Translations under genes and position numbers: made by a program
Shown here: positions 45,607 through 54,976 of the stretch, piece after piece
Layout of the letters: every line of letters begins with the position of its first letter
Position numbering within the stretch: position 1 is the first letter of the stretch
Assembly (NCBI GenBank): GCA_965242555.1
Contig: CBDESO010000008.1
Span: forward strand, 227,577-291,576
Length of the DNA: 64,000 nucleotides
From: Dehalococcoidia bacterium
GTDB taxonomy: Bacteria; Chloroflexota; Dehalococcoidia; Lucifugimonadales; JADFKI01
Direction: 5' to 3'
Notes under the pieces: model-generated
Seen by the model: only the letters and a program-made list of their open reading frames with translations
Database searches by the model: none
Told to the model about the DNA's origin: nothing

Positions 45607-46015
45607 ATCGCTTAACCAAAGTCAAGTGATTCTTGCCATGCTCGCGCCGGTAGCTCATCTCATCCATCATTGAGCGTACCAGATGGACGCCTAGCCCCCC
45701 TATCCGCCTGTCTTCCATCGCCGCGCTTGGATCAACTTGAGGAGCGTCAACGAGCGGATTGAACGGCTTGCCGTCGTCAACCGTGGCGACCGTGATCCCG
45801 TCGGCGTCCGAAGTCAGCGTGATTTCAATCTCATGAACGCCCTCGTCATGCCCGTGGTTCATAACATTGATAACCAGCTCTTCCAGAGCCAAGTTCACCT
45901 GAAACGCCATAGGCGCAGGCCAATTCTCGCGCTCGCCCATCTCTTCTATCGCGGAAGAAACGCGCGCGAGTTCGTCCATCTTGGTTTGGATTGTGAGTGA
46001 AAGTTGCGCGCTCAA
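45590..46015 (-). CDS. Anti-sigma regulatory factor / RsbW-SpoIIAB-like serine kinase (HATPase_c_2)
   Basis: LALEELVINVMNHGH...DDGKPFNP...GGLGVHLVRSMMDEMSY. Confidence 0.8.
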   Translation of the reverse strand: MSAQLSLTIQTKMDELARVSSAIEEMGERENWPAPMAFQVNLALEELVINVMNHGHDEGVHEIEITLTSDADGITVATVDDGKPFNPLVDAPQVDPSAAMEDRRIGGLGVHLVRSMMDEMSYRREHGKNHLTLVKRFGEQG

Positions 46016-46019
46016 GTTG

Positions 46020-47177
46020 CTACCCGCGATGGTGAAGTGTTAGGCAAGCCACGTCGTCGGATTGGGGCGCCTCGCCCGCGAACTCGCTCACCGCCTCAAA
46101 AACCCTTCGGTTTGCCTCCGCGGCGCTGTTCGGTGGCGAATCCGCGAATATCTTGCACAGACGCTCCACCCCGAACTCTTCGTTGTTCACATTCATCGCC
46201 TCAGATACGCCATCCGTGTACAGGATAACCATATCGCCGGGCGTCAGCGTCACCGTCTTCTGCTGATACTCCAAGCCCGGCATCACCCCCAGCGCAACCC
46301 CCTTGGTGGGCGGCAGCAGCGAGGACGTCCCGTCCTTATGAATGACCACCGGCATAGTGTGGCCGCCGTTGGAATAAGTGAACTTCCCGTTGGCGGGGTT
46401 GTACTCCGCGTACAGCACTGTCACAAAGGTAACCGTCTCGTTCCCCTCGCACAGCATATCGTTCACTTCGGCAAGCACCTCGGACGGGCTACCCACGCCC
46501 ACGGCTGTCCCTTTCAGCAATGTGCGGCTGGACATCATAAACAGCGCCGAAGGCACGCCCTTATCGGACACATCCGCTATCGCCAGCCCCACCTTGCCGT
46601 TGGCGAGCCGCACAACGTCGTAGAAATCGCCCGCCACCTCGCGCGCCGGCGACATGCCCGCGTATATCTCATAGTCGGCGCTTTTCGGAAACTCCGTCGG
46701 CAGAATGGACTGCTGTATCTTGCTGGCTACCTCCAGCTCATTCTGCAGCGCCACCAGTTTGTCCCGCGAAATCAGAGCGTCCCGCCACTCTTCCATATGC
46801 CGCAGCGTGCGCTCAATGGTTATCTGCAGATCCTCAAAGTCTATCGGCTTGGTCACGAAGTCAAACGCGCCGCGATTCATCGCCGTGCGGATATTCTTCA
46901 TATCCCCATAAGCCGACACGATAACCGACCGCACATTCGGATCCACTGAGGGAATCTGCTCCAGCAACGTCAGCCCGTCCATTCGCGGCATATTGATGTC
47001 CGAAAGCACCATATCCACATCGCCCTCTTGCCCCATCCGCTCCAGCGCCTCAACGCCGTTATGCGCGAAGACGAACGTGTAGCGCCCCGACCGCACCTGC
47101 CGCCGCATCCGCTGTTTTACCAGCGGCTCCAAATCCGGCTCATCGTCCACCACGAGGATCTTGTATGGTTCAGGCAT
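46020..47177 (-). CDS. Response-regulator receiver fused to a PP2C/SpoIIE phosphatase (RsbU-like)
   Basis: ILVVDDEPD...MVLSDINMPRMDG...KP. Then ASKIQQSILP...GDFYDV...ADVSDKGVPSALFM...LYTDGVSEA. Confidence 0.9.
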   Translation of the reverse strand: MPEPYKILVVDDEPDLEPLVKQRMRRQVRSGRYTFVFAHNGVEALERMGQEGDVDMVLSDINMPRMDGLTLLEQIPSVDPNVRSVIVSAYGDMKNIRTAMNRGAFDFVTKPIDFEDLQITIERTLRHMEEWRDALISRDKLVALQNELEVASKIQQSILPTEFPKSADYEIYAGMSPAREVAGDFYDVVRLANGKVGLAIADVSDKGVPSALFMMSSRTLLKGTAVGVGSPSEVLAEVNDMLCEGNETVTFVTVLYAEYNPANGKFTYSNGGHTMPVVIHKDGTSSLLPPTKGVALGVMPGLEYQQKTVTLTPGDMVILYTDGVSEAMNVNNEEFGVERLCKIFADSPPNSAAEANRRVFEAVSEFAGEAPQSDDVACLTLHHRG

Positions 47178-47229
47178 TTGCGTTATGTCCTAATCACTGA
47201 GTTTGGCATTATGCGCCCGCCGCGCCGCG

Positions 47230-47568
47230 TTAGCCGCTGAACGAGGCTTTCGCCTCCGACTCGGATGCGTGAACGGGAATTATCTGGTCAAACCCGCTAA
47301 TCTGGAAGACTTCCAAGATGCTTTCCTGGAGTTCGCATATTGCGAAACCCGTGTTCCTGCTCTGGAGCGACTTGGCAACCAGCAGGATGACACGCAACCC
47401 CGCGCTGCTTATGTACGAGAGCTCTCTGAGATTCAGAATCACCATCTTGTCGTCCGATTCAATGGCTTGCTCCAGATTATTCTGGAACTCGCGGGCGTTG
47501 GCGCCGTCGACCCGCCCGGACGCCTTGGCAACCAGAACCCCATCTTCGCGCGCAGTGATAGTCTCCAC
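47230..47568 (-). CDS. STAS-domain anti-sigma-factor antagonist (RsbV/SpoIIAA-like)
   Basis: LVAKASGRVDGANAREF...VILNLRELSYISSAGLRVILL (phosphorylatable Ser motif). GTG start at 47568, 5 nt after an AGAGGTGGG RBS, is preferred over the track start at 47628. Confidence 0.8.
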   Translation of the reverse strand: METITAREDGVLVAKASGRVDGANAREFQNNLEQAIESDDKMVILNLRELSYISSAGLRVILLVAKSLQSRNTGFAICELQESILEVFQISGFDQIIPVHASESEAKASFSG

Positions 47569-47657
47569 AGGATCCCACCTCTTTTTATTTCTGATATGGC
47601 TATCGCAATTCCCGCCCATTTTCGCCACAGCCCAATGTGCGCGATTTGCCTATCGCA

Positions 47658-47686
47658 ATTATACTTATTCGCGCCGCGCATAGCAA
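47658..47686 (-). promoter_or_regulatory. Candidate sigma70-type promoter of the partner-switching operon
   Basis: Minus strand reads TTGCTA, a 17-nt spacer, then TATAAT. Confidence 0.5.
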
Positions 47687-47753
47687 ATATCGGCGCATAA
47701 TCGCCGCAAATGAGCATTTCGCCCCGCGCGACAGCCCCGCCGCGCGGCTATTT

Positions 47754-48773
47754 CTACCGCTCCGTTTCGTTCCACAGCTCCGCCCGCCGCATAAAAACTG
47801 AGCTATCCGCCAGCCATTCGGCGTAGCCGATATTGCGGTTGTCGGTCAGCCGGTTCACATTCTTGTCAATGCAGTCCGCCAGCTCCGCGTCATCCGCCGC
47901 CAGCGCGAACCCGCCGAACTCGACCTGCGGGTCAAGCGCGGTAACCACGAACTTGCCCCCGCTCTCTGCCGAGGCGTCTCGGTTGCCTATCTCCCCCCGC
48001 GCTATCGCGTCTATGCCGCCGTCCGCCAGCGCCGCCAGCAGCTCCGCCTCGCCCAACTCGCTCCCAAGATACACCACCTGCGGCTTGGAATCATCCGGCG
48101 GATGCAAACGCAACCTTTCGCTCAGCGTTGGCGATTCGGCGGCGGCGGTAATCTCATAGTCCGCGCCGCCGTCGGCGGTTATTGTCCCCTGCGGCGTCTC
48201 AATCTGAGTTCCCGCAATCAGTGCGCCTTCGGCGTTCACAAGCCCAGTCAGTTCCAAAAGCCTTGCCTCGCCCGTAGTGTCCGCAAGCGCTCCCACGCGC
48301 ACGTCGCTTGTTAGCGCGTCATGCGTCGCAAGCCTGCCCGCATCCTCCGCCCGAACCAGCAGCGATTGGCGGAAACTCACATGCCCCGATGTAAAGCGCA
48401 CCGCTGTTTCGCCTGATGCGTCGCGCGTCCGCGAATCCAAAATGGTAATGCCCCCGCCCACGACGTCGTAGTCGGCCCCCGCGGGCGCCAGCCAAATGTC
48501 GGTCCACTCCGCGATAGGCTTGCGCTCGAAAGCCAGCCCTACGCCGTCCATAGCCTCCAGCGCGGTTAGTATATCCGATTCGTAGCCAAGATGCGTGTTG
48601 AACCCGTCCGACTGAGGGTCTTCGTCCGCGCTGTAGCTCATCGGCGCGAAGTGCGCGTAAAAGCCGTATTTCAGCATAGCGTCATCCTTAACGCAGGCAT
48701 TGGGACTGGCGGCTTGCCCCCCGCACGCCGCCAGGGACAGCAGCGCCGCCGCCAAAACCATCTTTGCCATCAT
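47754..48773 (-). CDS. Extracellular solute-binding lipoprotein (family 3-like)
   Basis: Lipobox LLSLAACGG. PBP-type fold is suggested by motif spacing only. Confidence 0.55.
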   Translation of the reverse strand: MMAKMVLAAALLSLAACGGQAASPNACVKDDAMLKYGFYAHFAPMSYSADEDPQSDGFNTHLGYESDILTALEAMDGVGLAFERKPIAEWTDIWLAPAGADYDVVGGGITILDSRTRDASGETAVRFTSGHVSFRQSLLVRAEDAGRLATHDALTSDVRVGALADTTGEARLLELTGLVNAEGALIAGTQIETPQGTITADGGADYEITAAAESPTLSERLRLHPPDDSKPQVVYLGSELGEAELLAALADGGIDAIARGEIGNRDASAESGGKFVVTALDPQVEFGGFALAADDAELADCIDKNVNRLTDNRNIGYAEWLADSSVFMRRAELWNETER

Positions 48774-49011
48774 ACCACAGCCGCTTGCGCCCATTCTCGC
48801 CTTCCTCCGAATGTGTGCCGTTGCTCTTAATTACGCGGATCGCCCAGGTTCACTACCCCGCGCTACGCCGATCCCAGCGTAGATTATACCGCATTGCAAC
48901 GCGCCACGCAGACCGCATCGCGCTGAAAATCGCGCCGCAACGAAAATCACCCAATATATTTATCTGGAAATGCGGCCGCATTCGTAGTAGAATGGAATGG
49001 TGAGCCAACGT

Positions 49012-49087
49012 GCCAACGTAGCTCAGTCGGCAGAGCAGCTGTTTCGTAAACAGCAGGTCGGTGGTTCGAGTCCACTCGTTGGCTCCA
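49012..49087 (+). tRNA. tRNA-Thr (anticodon CGT), CCA encoded
   Basis: Acceptor GCCAACG/CGTTGGC, anticodon arm GCTGT-TTCGTAA-ACAGC, T-loop GGTTCGAGTCC. Confidence 0.9.
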
Positions 49088-49157
49088 TCTTTCTTTGCAC
49101 ATTCCCGTGCATACGCATCTCCGCGCGGGCGAGAGCGTCTCGCAAATCGGCATACGA

Positions 49158-49233
49158 GCCAACGTAGCTCAGTCGGCAGAGCAGCTGTTTTGTAAACAGC
49201 CGGTCGGTGGTTCGAGTCCACTCGTTGGCTCCA
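49158..49233 (+). tRNA. tRNA-Thr (anticodon TGT), CCA encoded
   Basis: Identical to 49012-49087 except the anticodon first base (C to T) and one variable-loop base (A to C). Confidence 0.9.
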
Positions 49234-49300
49234 CAACGCCCAAACCCTACATCCGCTTGCCGACACTCCTTTATAAATAGATATACCTTAAACCCACACT

Positions 49301-49334
49301 CAAAAGTTTTTGGTTACTTTTTACAAAAAGTAAC
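49301..49334. repeat. AT-rich three-arm motif, copy 3 (CAAAAGTTTTTGGTTACTTTTTACAAAAAGTAAC)
   Basis: Same architecture as 12115 and 13684. Hairpin GTTACTTTTT/AAAAAGTAAC. Lies 68 nt after tRNA-Thr and 25 nt before a -35 box. Confidence 0.7.
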
Positions 49335-49358
49335 ACATCCCTGTTATCCCCACTCCGC

Positions 49359-49387
49359 TTTGACACCGCGCCTACGCAATAGTACGA
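49359..49387 (+). promoter_or_regulatory. Candidate sigma70-type promoter of the glycosyltransferase pair
   Basis: TTGACA, a 17-nt spacer, then TACGAT, about 50 nt upstream of the ATG at 49438. Confidence 0.4.
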
Positions 49388-49437
49388 TTACCCACGCGCG
49401 AAAAGCGCAGACTTTGCCCCCGGCGGCGCTTGCGAAT

Positions 49438-50595
49438 ATGGCAACTCTCACATCGCCATCACTTGAACTCACGATAGTCATCCTTTGCCGCAACGAAGAG
49501 CGGGCTATATCCCACTGCGTCGGGCAGGCGGTCGGATTCCTGAACCGCAAGTCCATCAACGGGGAAGTGGTAGTGGTGGACAATGGCAGCGAAGACGGCT
49601 CGGCGGCGCTCGCGCAACAGGCGGGCGCGCGCGTAGTCAGCGAACCCCACGCCGGCTACGGCAACGCCATCAAAACCGGCTTGGAATCCGCCCTGGGCGA
49701 ATTCATCATCCTAGGCGATGGCGACGGCGAACACGACCTCAGCGCGCTAGACCAGTTCCACGAAAAACTGCGCGAGGGCTTCGATTTCGTGGTAGGCAAC
49801 CGCTTTCAAGGCGGCTTCGACCCCGACTCCAACCCGCTGCTAAACCGATACATCGGAACGCCCCTCCTGTCCGGCATAGGCAAGCTTTTCTTTCGCGCGC
49901 CCGTGGGCGACTTCAACTGCGGCTTGCGCGGCTTCAGCGCCCACGCCGCCCGCGCCGTCGCCCCCCAGTCCGCCGGCATGGAGGCGTCCAGCGAGATGAT
50001 AGTCAAGGCTATCCACCGCAAACTCCGCATCGCCGAAGTCCCCATAGTGCAGCGCCGCGCCGCCGACCCCGACCGCATATCGCATATGCGCCCATTCCGG
50101 GACGGCTGGCGTCATCTGAGACTGCTGCTAATGCTATCCCCCAAGTGGCTATTCCTATATCCCGCGTGGCTGCTGCTGGCGGCCGGCGCGCTTGCAATCG
50201 CGTTCCCCATCATCAATCCGGTTGAGCGAGGCGGGCTATTCGGCGCGTACACGATGCTATTCGGCGGCGCGTTCCTGATATTGGGAGCGCAGCTAGTCGG
50301 CATATACCTATCGGCGCGCGCCTTCTACGAAACCTCCGGTCTAATTGAGGGCAACCTCAACGCCCGCCTGCGCGAGAACAATGTGCTTGAAACCTGGCTT
50401 GCGGCGGGCATCCTGCTTGCATTGGCGGGCGCGGCGGTAGCCGCGTGGAGCCTATTCGTATGGGCTGGCGGCGGCGAAGTCGCATTCCGCCTGCGCCTGC
50501 TCATAGCCGCCGTAACGATGATGATCCTCGGCGTCCAAACAATGTTCCACGGCTTCCTAATTTCGCTGCTCGCGGCCCAAGCGGCGCGCCGCTAA
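49438..50595 (+). CDS. Family 2 glycosyltransferase with a C-terminal TM domain (polyprenyl-phosphate sugar synthase / GtrB-like)
   Basis: LTIVILCRNEERAI...VVVVDNGSEDGS...ILGDGDGEHD. C-terminal hydrophobic helices. Track start trimmed because the extension overlaps a tRNA. Confidence 0.85.
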   Translation: MATLTSPSLELTIVILCRNEERAISHCVGQAVGFLNRKSINGEVVVVDNGSEDGSAALAQQAGARVVSEPHAGYGNAIKTGLESALGEFIILGDGDGEHDLSALDQFHEKLREGFDFVVGNRFQGGFDPDSNPLLNRYIGTPLLSGIGKLFFRAPVGDFNCGLRGFSAHAARAVAPQSAGMEASSEMIVKAIHRKLRIAEVPIVQRRAADPDRISHMRPFRDGWRHLRLLLMLSPKWLFLYPAWLLLAAGALAIAFPIINPVERGGLFGAYTMLFGGAFLILGAQLVGIYLSARAFYETSGLIEGNLNARLRENNVLETWLAAGILLALAGAAVAAWSLFVWAGGGEVAFRLRLLIAAVTMMILGVQTMFHGFLISLLAAQAARR

Positions 50596-50611
50596 CCGGC
50601 GCAAGCGTCCC

Positions 50612-52660
50612 ATGACCATCAAGCCGCGAATCCCCGACCGCACCACCGCGCTAATAGCCTGCATAGCGGCGCTCGGCGCGGCGCTAGTCCTCGCCCGCGA
50701 GGCGACCTACGGCCCAGCGCTATCCCACGACTCCTTAAAATACTTCATCCTAGCCCGCAACCTGCTTGAGGGCGAGGGCTACATCAACTACCGAGGACTC
50801 CCCCACACCATCCATCCACCCTTCTATGCCACCTTGCTGGCAGCCGCGGGACTAGGCGTATTAGAGCCGCAAACCGTCGTCGGCCCGCTCAACGCCGCCA
50901 TCTTTGGGGTAACCGTATTCGTCTTGGGGCGCTACTTGCGGCATCGCATCCAATCCCGATTCTTAGTCATCTGGACATGCGTCGCCGCCGCGCTATCGCT
51001 CCCCCTAACCGACCTGGCGTCGTGGGCGCTGTCCAGCCCCACGTTCATCCTGCTCGCGACCCTTGCCCTAATCCAAACCGACGCCTTTCTGCGCCACGGC
51101 GGCGTCTCGTCGCTGATATGGGCGGCGGCGCTCAGCGCGCTCGCGTGGCAGACGCGCCTCATTGGGGTCGCCGCGCCAGTTGCCGTTGGGCTGGCGCTGC
51201 TCTTGCAGACAAGCGCGCCCTTAACGCGGAGAGTCAAGCATATCGCCATCCTGTCAATCATAGTCGCCCCGCCTATGGCGCTTTGGGCATTACGCAGCTA
51301 CCTGCTCGCGGGAAGGCTACCGGGCACCGACACGATTGTTGACTATTCCCTGCCTGCTATCTTTTGGGACGCCATCCAAATTATGGCGTCGTGGTTAGCG
51401 TTTGACCTGCCTGTTGCGCGCTTGCCCATATTCGCGCCCATCGCGCTTGTACTCTTTGGGATTGCCGCCGCCTGTGTCGTCATCAGCACGCGCCGCGCCA
51501 AATTCGCGCAATTAGACTGGCGTCCCTGCTACCTATTCGGCGGTTTTGCGCTGATATACCTGGCGCTGATGCTCGGAGCGCTGATTTTTGGCCGAACTCT
51601 CTACGGCGTAGAGCAGCGCTTTATGGCTGTAATGTACATCCCGCTGCTAGTCGTCGCCACAGTCGCGCTAGACCACTTTCTCCGCTACGAGCGCGAGCGC
51701 AAACTGCTCGGACACCTGCCCAGCCTGCCTTTGCCGCCCCCGCTTGCGAAAAGAGGCACCTCGTCGCCCACCCTGCTCGCCGCGCTGCTGATGGGTGCGC
51801 TTGCGCTGTGGGCGGCGGCGCATGCCCTCCCCCACGCCGCGCAGATAGCCCGCGCCAACTCCGGCGACCTATACCGCGGCTACGCCTCCCCCCGCTGGGC
51901 GCACTCCGAAACCCTGCGATACATCCGCGAAAATCCCTTTTCCGAGAACGCGCTCGTGAACAGCAACGAGCGCGCCCTTGTCAATCTGCACACCCGCGGC
52001 GGCGCGTCCCACTACGGCAATATGCCAAGAAACCGCATCGGTGGCAATGTGATTGGCGTCGGATTCCCCGACATCGCGCCCGCCGAAGAGCGGCTGGACG
52101 ATCGCATCGCCAACTCCCCCGACGGCGCATATGTAATCTGGTTCAAAACCTGGTGGAACTACCAATTCTACGACTACGGCGCGGCAGACTTGCGCCTTAT
52201 GCCCCGCTTGCAACCCATAAAGGAACTTGCGGACGGGATGATATTCCGCGTGAACAAAGCTTACGCGCCGCCCGCAAATCCATATCAAGATGCACACGAC
52301 GCCATCGCAAGCGGCCAGTACGGCGAGCCGCTAGTCAACTCCGACTTCCATATCTACCAGCGCAATGACGCGATCATATACTTCAAGCAACCCTGCGCCA
52401 TTGAAGATGTGCAAACGCGATTCATCCTGCACCTCTATCCCACTGACCCAGCCGACCTGCCGGATCACAACAACCGCCCCCGCTTTGACAACCGCGACTT
52501 CAGTTTCAGCGACTACGGCATCATCCTAGACAACGAACCGGATGGCGGCTGCCTAGCCATAATCCCCCTGCCCGCCTACCCCGTCGATCGCATCCGCACG
52601 GGCCAAATCATCCCCGGCAATCCCGCCGTATGGCGAACCGAGTTCGCGCTTGACAAATAG
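50612..52660 (+). CDS. Polytopic membrane protein, GT39/ArnT-like (GT-C) glycosyltransferase candidate
   Basis: About 11 hydrophobic segments in the N-terminal 400 aa, then a soluble C-terminal domain. Lies directly downstream of the GT2 gene. Confidence 0.6.
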   Translation: MTIKPRIPDRTTALIACIAALGAALVLAREATYGPALSHDSLKYFILARNLLEGEGYINYRGLPHTIHPPFYATLLAAAGLGVLEPQTVVGPLNAAIFGVTVFVLGRYLRHRIQSRFLVIWTCVAAALSLPLTDLASWALSSPTFILLATLALIQTDAFLRHGGVSSLIWAAALSALAWQTRLIGVAAPVAVGLALLLQTSAPLTRRVKHIAILSIIVAPPMALWALRSYLLAGRLPGTDTIVDYSLPAIFWDAIQIMASWLAFDLPVARLPIFAPIALVLFGIAAACVVISTRRAKFAQLDWRPCYLFGGFALIYLALMLGALIFGRTLYGVEQRFMAVMYIPLLVVATVALDHFLRYERERKLLGHLPSLPLPPPLAKRGTSSPTLLAALLMGALALWAAAHALPHAAQIARANSGDLYRGYASPRWAHSETLRYIRENPFSENALVNSNERALVNLHTRGGASHYGNMPRNRIGGNVIGVGFPDIAPAEERLDDRIANSPDGAYVIWFKTWWNYQFYDYGAADLRLMPRLQPIKELADGMIFRVNKAYAPPANPYQDAHDAIASGQYGEPLVNSDFHIYQRNDAIIYFKQPCAIEDVQTRFILHLYPTDPADLPDHNNRPRFDNRDFSFSDYGIILDNEPDGGCLAIIPLPAYPVDRIRTGQIIPGNPAVWRTEFALDK

Positions 52661-52785
52661 CCGCATACGACGGCAACCGAAACGCCGCCCCACTACGGCG
52701 ATAGCGGCAAAACGCTTTGCGACAACAGCATACAGCCACAATGCCCAAACCCCCATCCCAAAACCCGCCCGCCCACAACAATCTG

Positions 52786-52815
52786 TTGACAATACCGCCG
52801 CGTGTTCGCTATATT
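52786..52815 (+). promoter_or_regulatory. Candidate sigma70-type promoter of groES-groEL
   Basis: TTGACA, an 18-nt spacer, then TATATT, immediately upstream of the CIRCE-like palindrome. Confidence 0.5.
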
Positions 52816-52820
52816 TTCTA

Positions 52821-52847
52821 TTAGCAGACAAGCAACCCGTCTGCTAA
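52821..52847 (+). promoter_or_regulatory. CIRCE-like HrcA operator
   Basis: Perfect inverted repeat TTAGCAGAC-N9-GTCTGCTAA. Canonical CIRCE is TTAGCACTC-N9-GAGTGCTAA. Confidence 0.75.
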
Positions 52848-52934
52848 TTCGCGGCCGCAAACAGCCTACCTGAACGCGGCGAGCGAGCGCAATTATCGCA
52901 GTTCAACATCACACACTTGGAGGTTCACAACACA

Positions 52935-53240
52935 ATGGCGACGCAAACCCAAACCACATTCAAGCCGCTCGGCAATCGGGTGGTGGTGCAGCCGTCCGAC
53001 GCCGAAGAGCAGATGAGCGCCGGCGGCATCTACATCCCCGACACCGCCAAAGAGAAGCCGCAAGAGGGCAAAGTCGTGGCAGTCGGCCCCGGCAGGCTTA
53101 CCGACGACGGCAGCCGCGTGCCTATGGAACTCGCCGTAGGCGACACCGTGGTCTATTCCAAATACGCCGGCACCGAGTACAAAGACGGCGAAGACGAGTA
53201 CCTCGTGCTGCGCGAAGACGACATCCTCTTCAAGAAGTAG
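52935..53240 (+). CDS. groES: Co-chaperonin GroES
   Basis: [53 protein letters not shown]. Confidence 0.95.
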   Translation: MATQTQTTFKPLGNRVVVQPSDAEEQMSAGGIYIPDTAKEKPQEGKVVAVGPGRLTDDGSRVPMELAVGDTVVYSKYAGTEYKDGEDEYLVLREDDILFKK

Positions 53241-53275
53241 GGATTTCACAACCATCCATCAAGGAGGAAACGCAA

Positions 53276-54886
53276 ATGCCCAAGCAACTCAACTTTAGCG
53301 AGGACGCCCGCGCGGCGATGAAGCGCGGCATTGACACCATGGCGAACACCGTGGGCGTCACCCTCGGCCCCAAAGGCCGCAACGTAGTCCTGGACAAGAA
53401 GTTCGGCCCCCCCCAAGTGTGCAGCGACGGCGTCACCATCGCCAAAGAGATTGAGCTGGAAGACCCGTTTGAGAATATGGGCGCCCAGCTCCTCAAAGAA
53501 GCCGCCAGCAAGACCAACGACGTCGCCGGCGACGGCACCACCACCGCCACCGTCCTCGCTCAGGCTATCATCCACGAGGGCTTTAAGAACATCGCCGCCG
53601 GCGCCAACCCCATGGCGCTCAAGCGAGGCATCGAGAAAGGCGTGTCCGCCCTCCGCGACCAAGTCGGCAGCATGTCCACCTCAGTCGAGGGCAAGACGCA
53701 GATAGCCCAGGTAGCCTCCCTCTCCGCGCACGACGACGAAATGGGCGGCCTTATCGCCGATGTCATGGAGCGCGTGGGCAAAGACGGCGTCATCACCGTT
53801 GACGAATCCAAGGGCTTGAGCTTTGAGCAAGAGTTCGTGGAGGGGATGCAGATTGACAGGGGCTACATATCCCCCTACTTCATCACCGACCAGGACAAGA
53901 TGGAATCGTCCATTGACGACCCCTACATCCTCATCACAGATAAGAAAGTCTCCGCGGTCGCCGATGTGCTGCCCGCGCTGGAAAAGATCCTGCAGGTCAG
54001 CAAGAACCTCGTCATCATCTCCGAAGACATTGAGGGCGAGGCGCTCGCCACCCTAGTCGTGAACAAGCTGCGCGGCACCCTAAACTGCGTCGCGGTGAAA
54101 GCCCCCGGCTTTGGCGATAGGCGCAAGGCTATGCTGGAAGACATCGCCGTGCTGACCGGCGGCCAGGTCATCAGCGAAGAGGTCGGCCGCAAGCTGGACT
54201 CCGTGGGCGTGGAAGACCTCGGCAGGGCGCGCCGCGTGGTAGCCTCCAAGGAAGAGACCATCTTCGTGGACGGCGCGGGCGAAGACAACTCCATCACCGG
54301 CCGCATCAACCAGATTAAGGCGCAGATAGACGAGACCACCTCCGACTTCGACCGCGAGAAGCTGCAAGAGCGCCTCGCCAAGCTCAGCGGCGGCGTCGCC
54401 ATCATCAAGGTTGGCGCGGCGACCGAAGTGGAACTGCGCGAAAAGAAGCAGCGCGTCGAGGACGCCCTGTCCGCCACGCGCGCCGCGGTGGAAGAGGGCA
54501 TCGTCCCCGGCGGCGGCCTCGCCCTCATCCGCGCCCGCGACGCCCTGGACGGCGTCACCCTCAGCGGCGACGAGGCGACCGGCGTCACCATCCTCCGCAA
54601 GGCGCTGGAGCAGCCCCTCAAGCTCATCTCCGAAAACACCGGCGTATCCGGCGAAGTCATCCTCTCCGAGAGCATCAAGGCGGAGGGCGACTGGGGCTAT
54701 GACGCCGAAGTCGGCGAGTTCGGCCACCTGCTGGAGCGCGGCATAATGGACCCCGCGAAGGTAACCCGCGCCGCCATAGAAAACGCCGCCAGCGTAGCCT
54801 CAATGGTGCTCACCACCGAATCCCTAATCACCGACGTCAAAGAAGAGCAGCCCGCCGCCCCCGCAATGCCCCCGATGGACTACTAG
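53276..54886 (+). CDS. groEL: Chaperonin GroEL
   Basis: [18 protein letters not shown]...[12 protein letters not shown]...[20 protein letters not shown]. Confidence 0.97.
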   Translation: MPKQLNFSEDARAAMKRGIDTMANTVGVTLGPKGRNVVLDKKFGPPQVCSDGVTIAKEIELEDPFENMGAQLLKEAASKTNDVAGDGTTTATVLAQAIIHEGFKNIAAGANPMALKRGIEKGVSALRDQVGSMSTSVEGKTQIAQVASLSAHDDEMGGLIADVMERVGKDGVITVDESKGLSFEQEFVEGMQIDRGYISPYFITDQDKMESSIDDPYILITDKKVSAVADVLPALEKILQVSKNLVIISEDIEGEALATLVVNKLRGTLNCVAVKAPGFGDRRKAMLEDIAVLTGGQVISEEVGRKLDSVGVEDLGRARRVVASKEETIFVDGAGEDNSITGRINQIKAQIDETTSDFDREKLQERLAKLSGGVAIIKVGAATEVELREKKQRVEDALSATRAAVEEGIVPGGGLALIRARDALDGVTLSGDEATGVTILRKALEQPLKLISENTGVSGEVILSESIKAEGDWGYDAEVGEFGHLLERGIMDPAKVTRAAIENAASVASMVLTTESLITDVKEEQPAAPAMPPMDY

Positions 54887-54943
54887 GCGGCAGCGCCCGG
54901 CGTATGTGCGATAGGCGCAGTGCCGCGTAGCGGATAAACGAAA

Positions 54944-54976
54944 GCCCTCAGGCAGGATTTGCCTGGGGGCTTTTCT
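54944..54976 (+). terminator. Intrinsic terminator after groEL
   Basis: GCCCTCAGGCA-GGATT-TGCCTGGGGGC (11-bp stem including one GU pair) followed by TTTTCT. Confidence 0.65.

Noticed and set aside
48853-49266. Minus-strand ORFs 48853..49266 and 48947..49162, and the N-terminal extension of plus ORF 49207..50595
   Set aside because: They overlap the two tRNA-Thr genes. The repeated QRVDSNHRPAVY.TAALPTELRW peptides are simply translated tRNA sequence. The GT2 gene was trimmed to the ATG at 49438.
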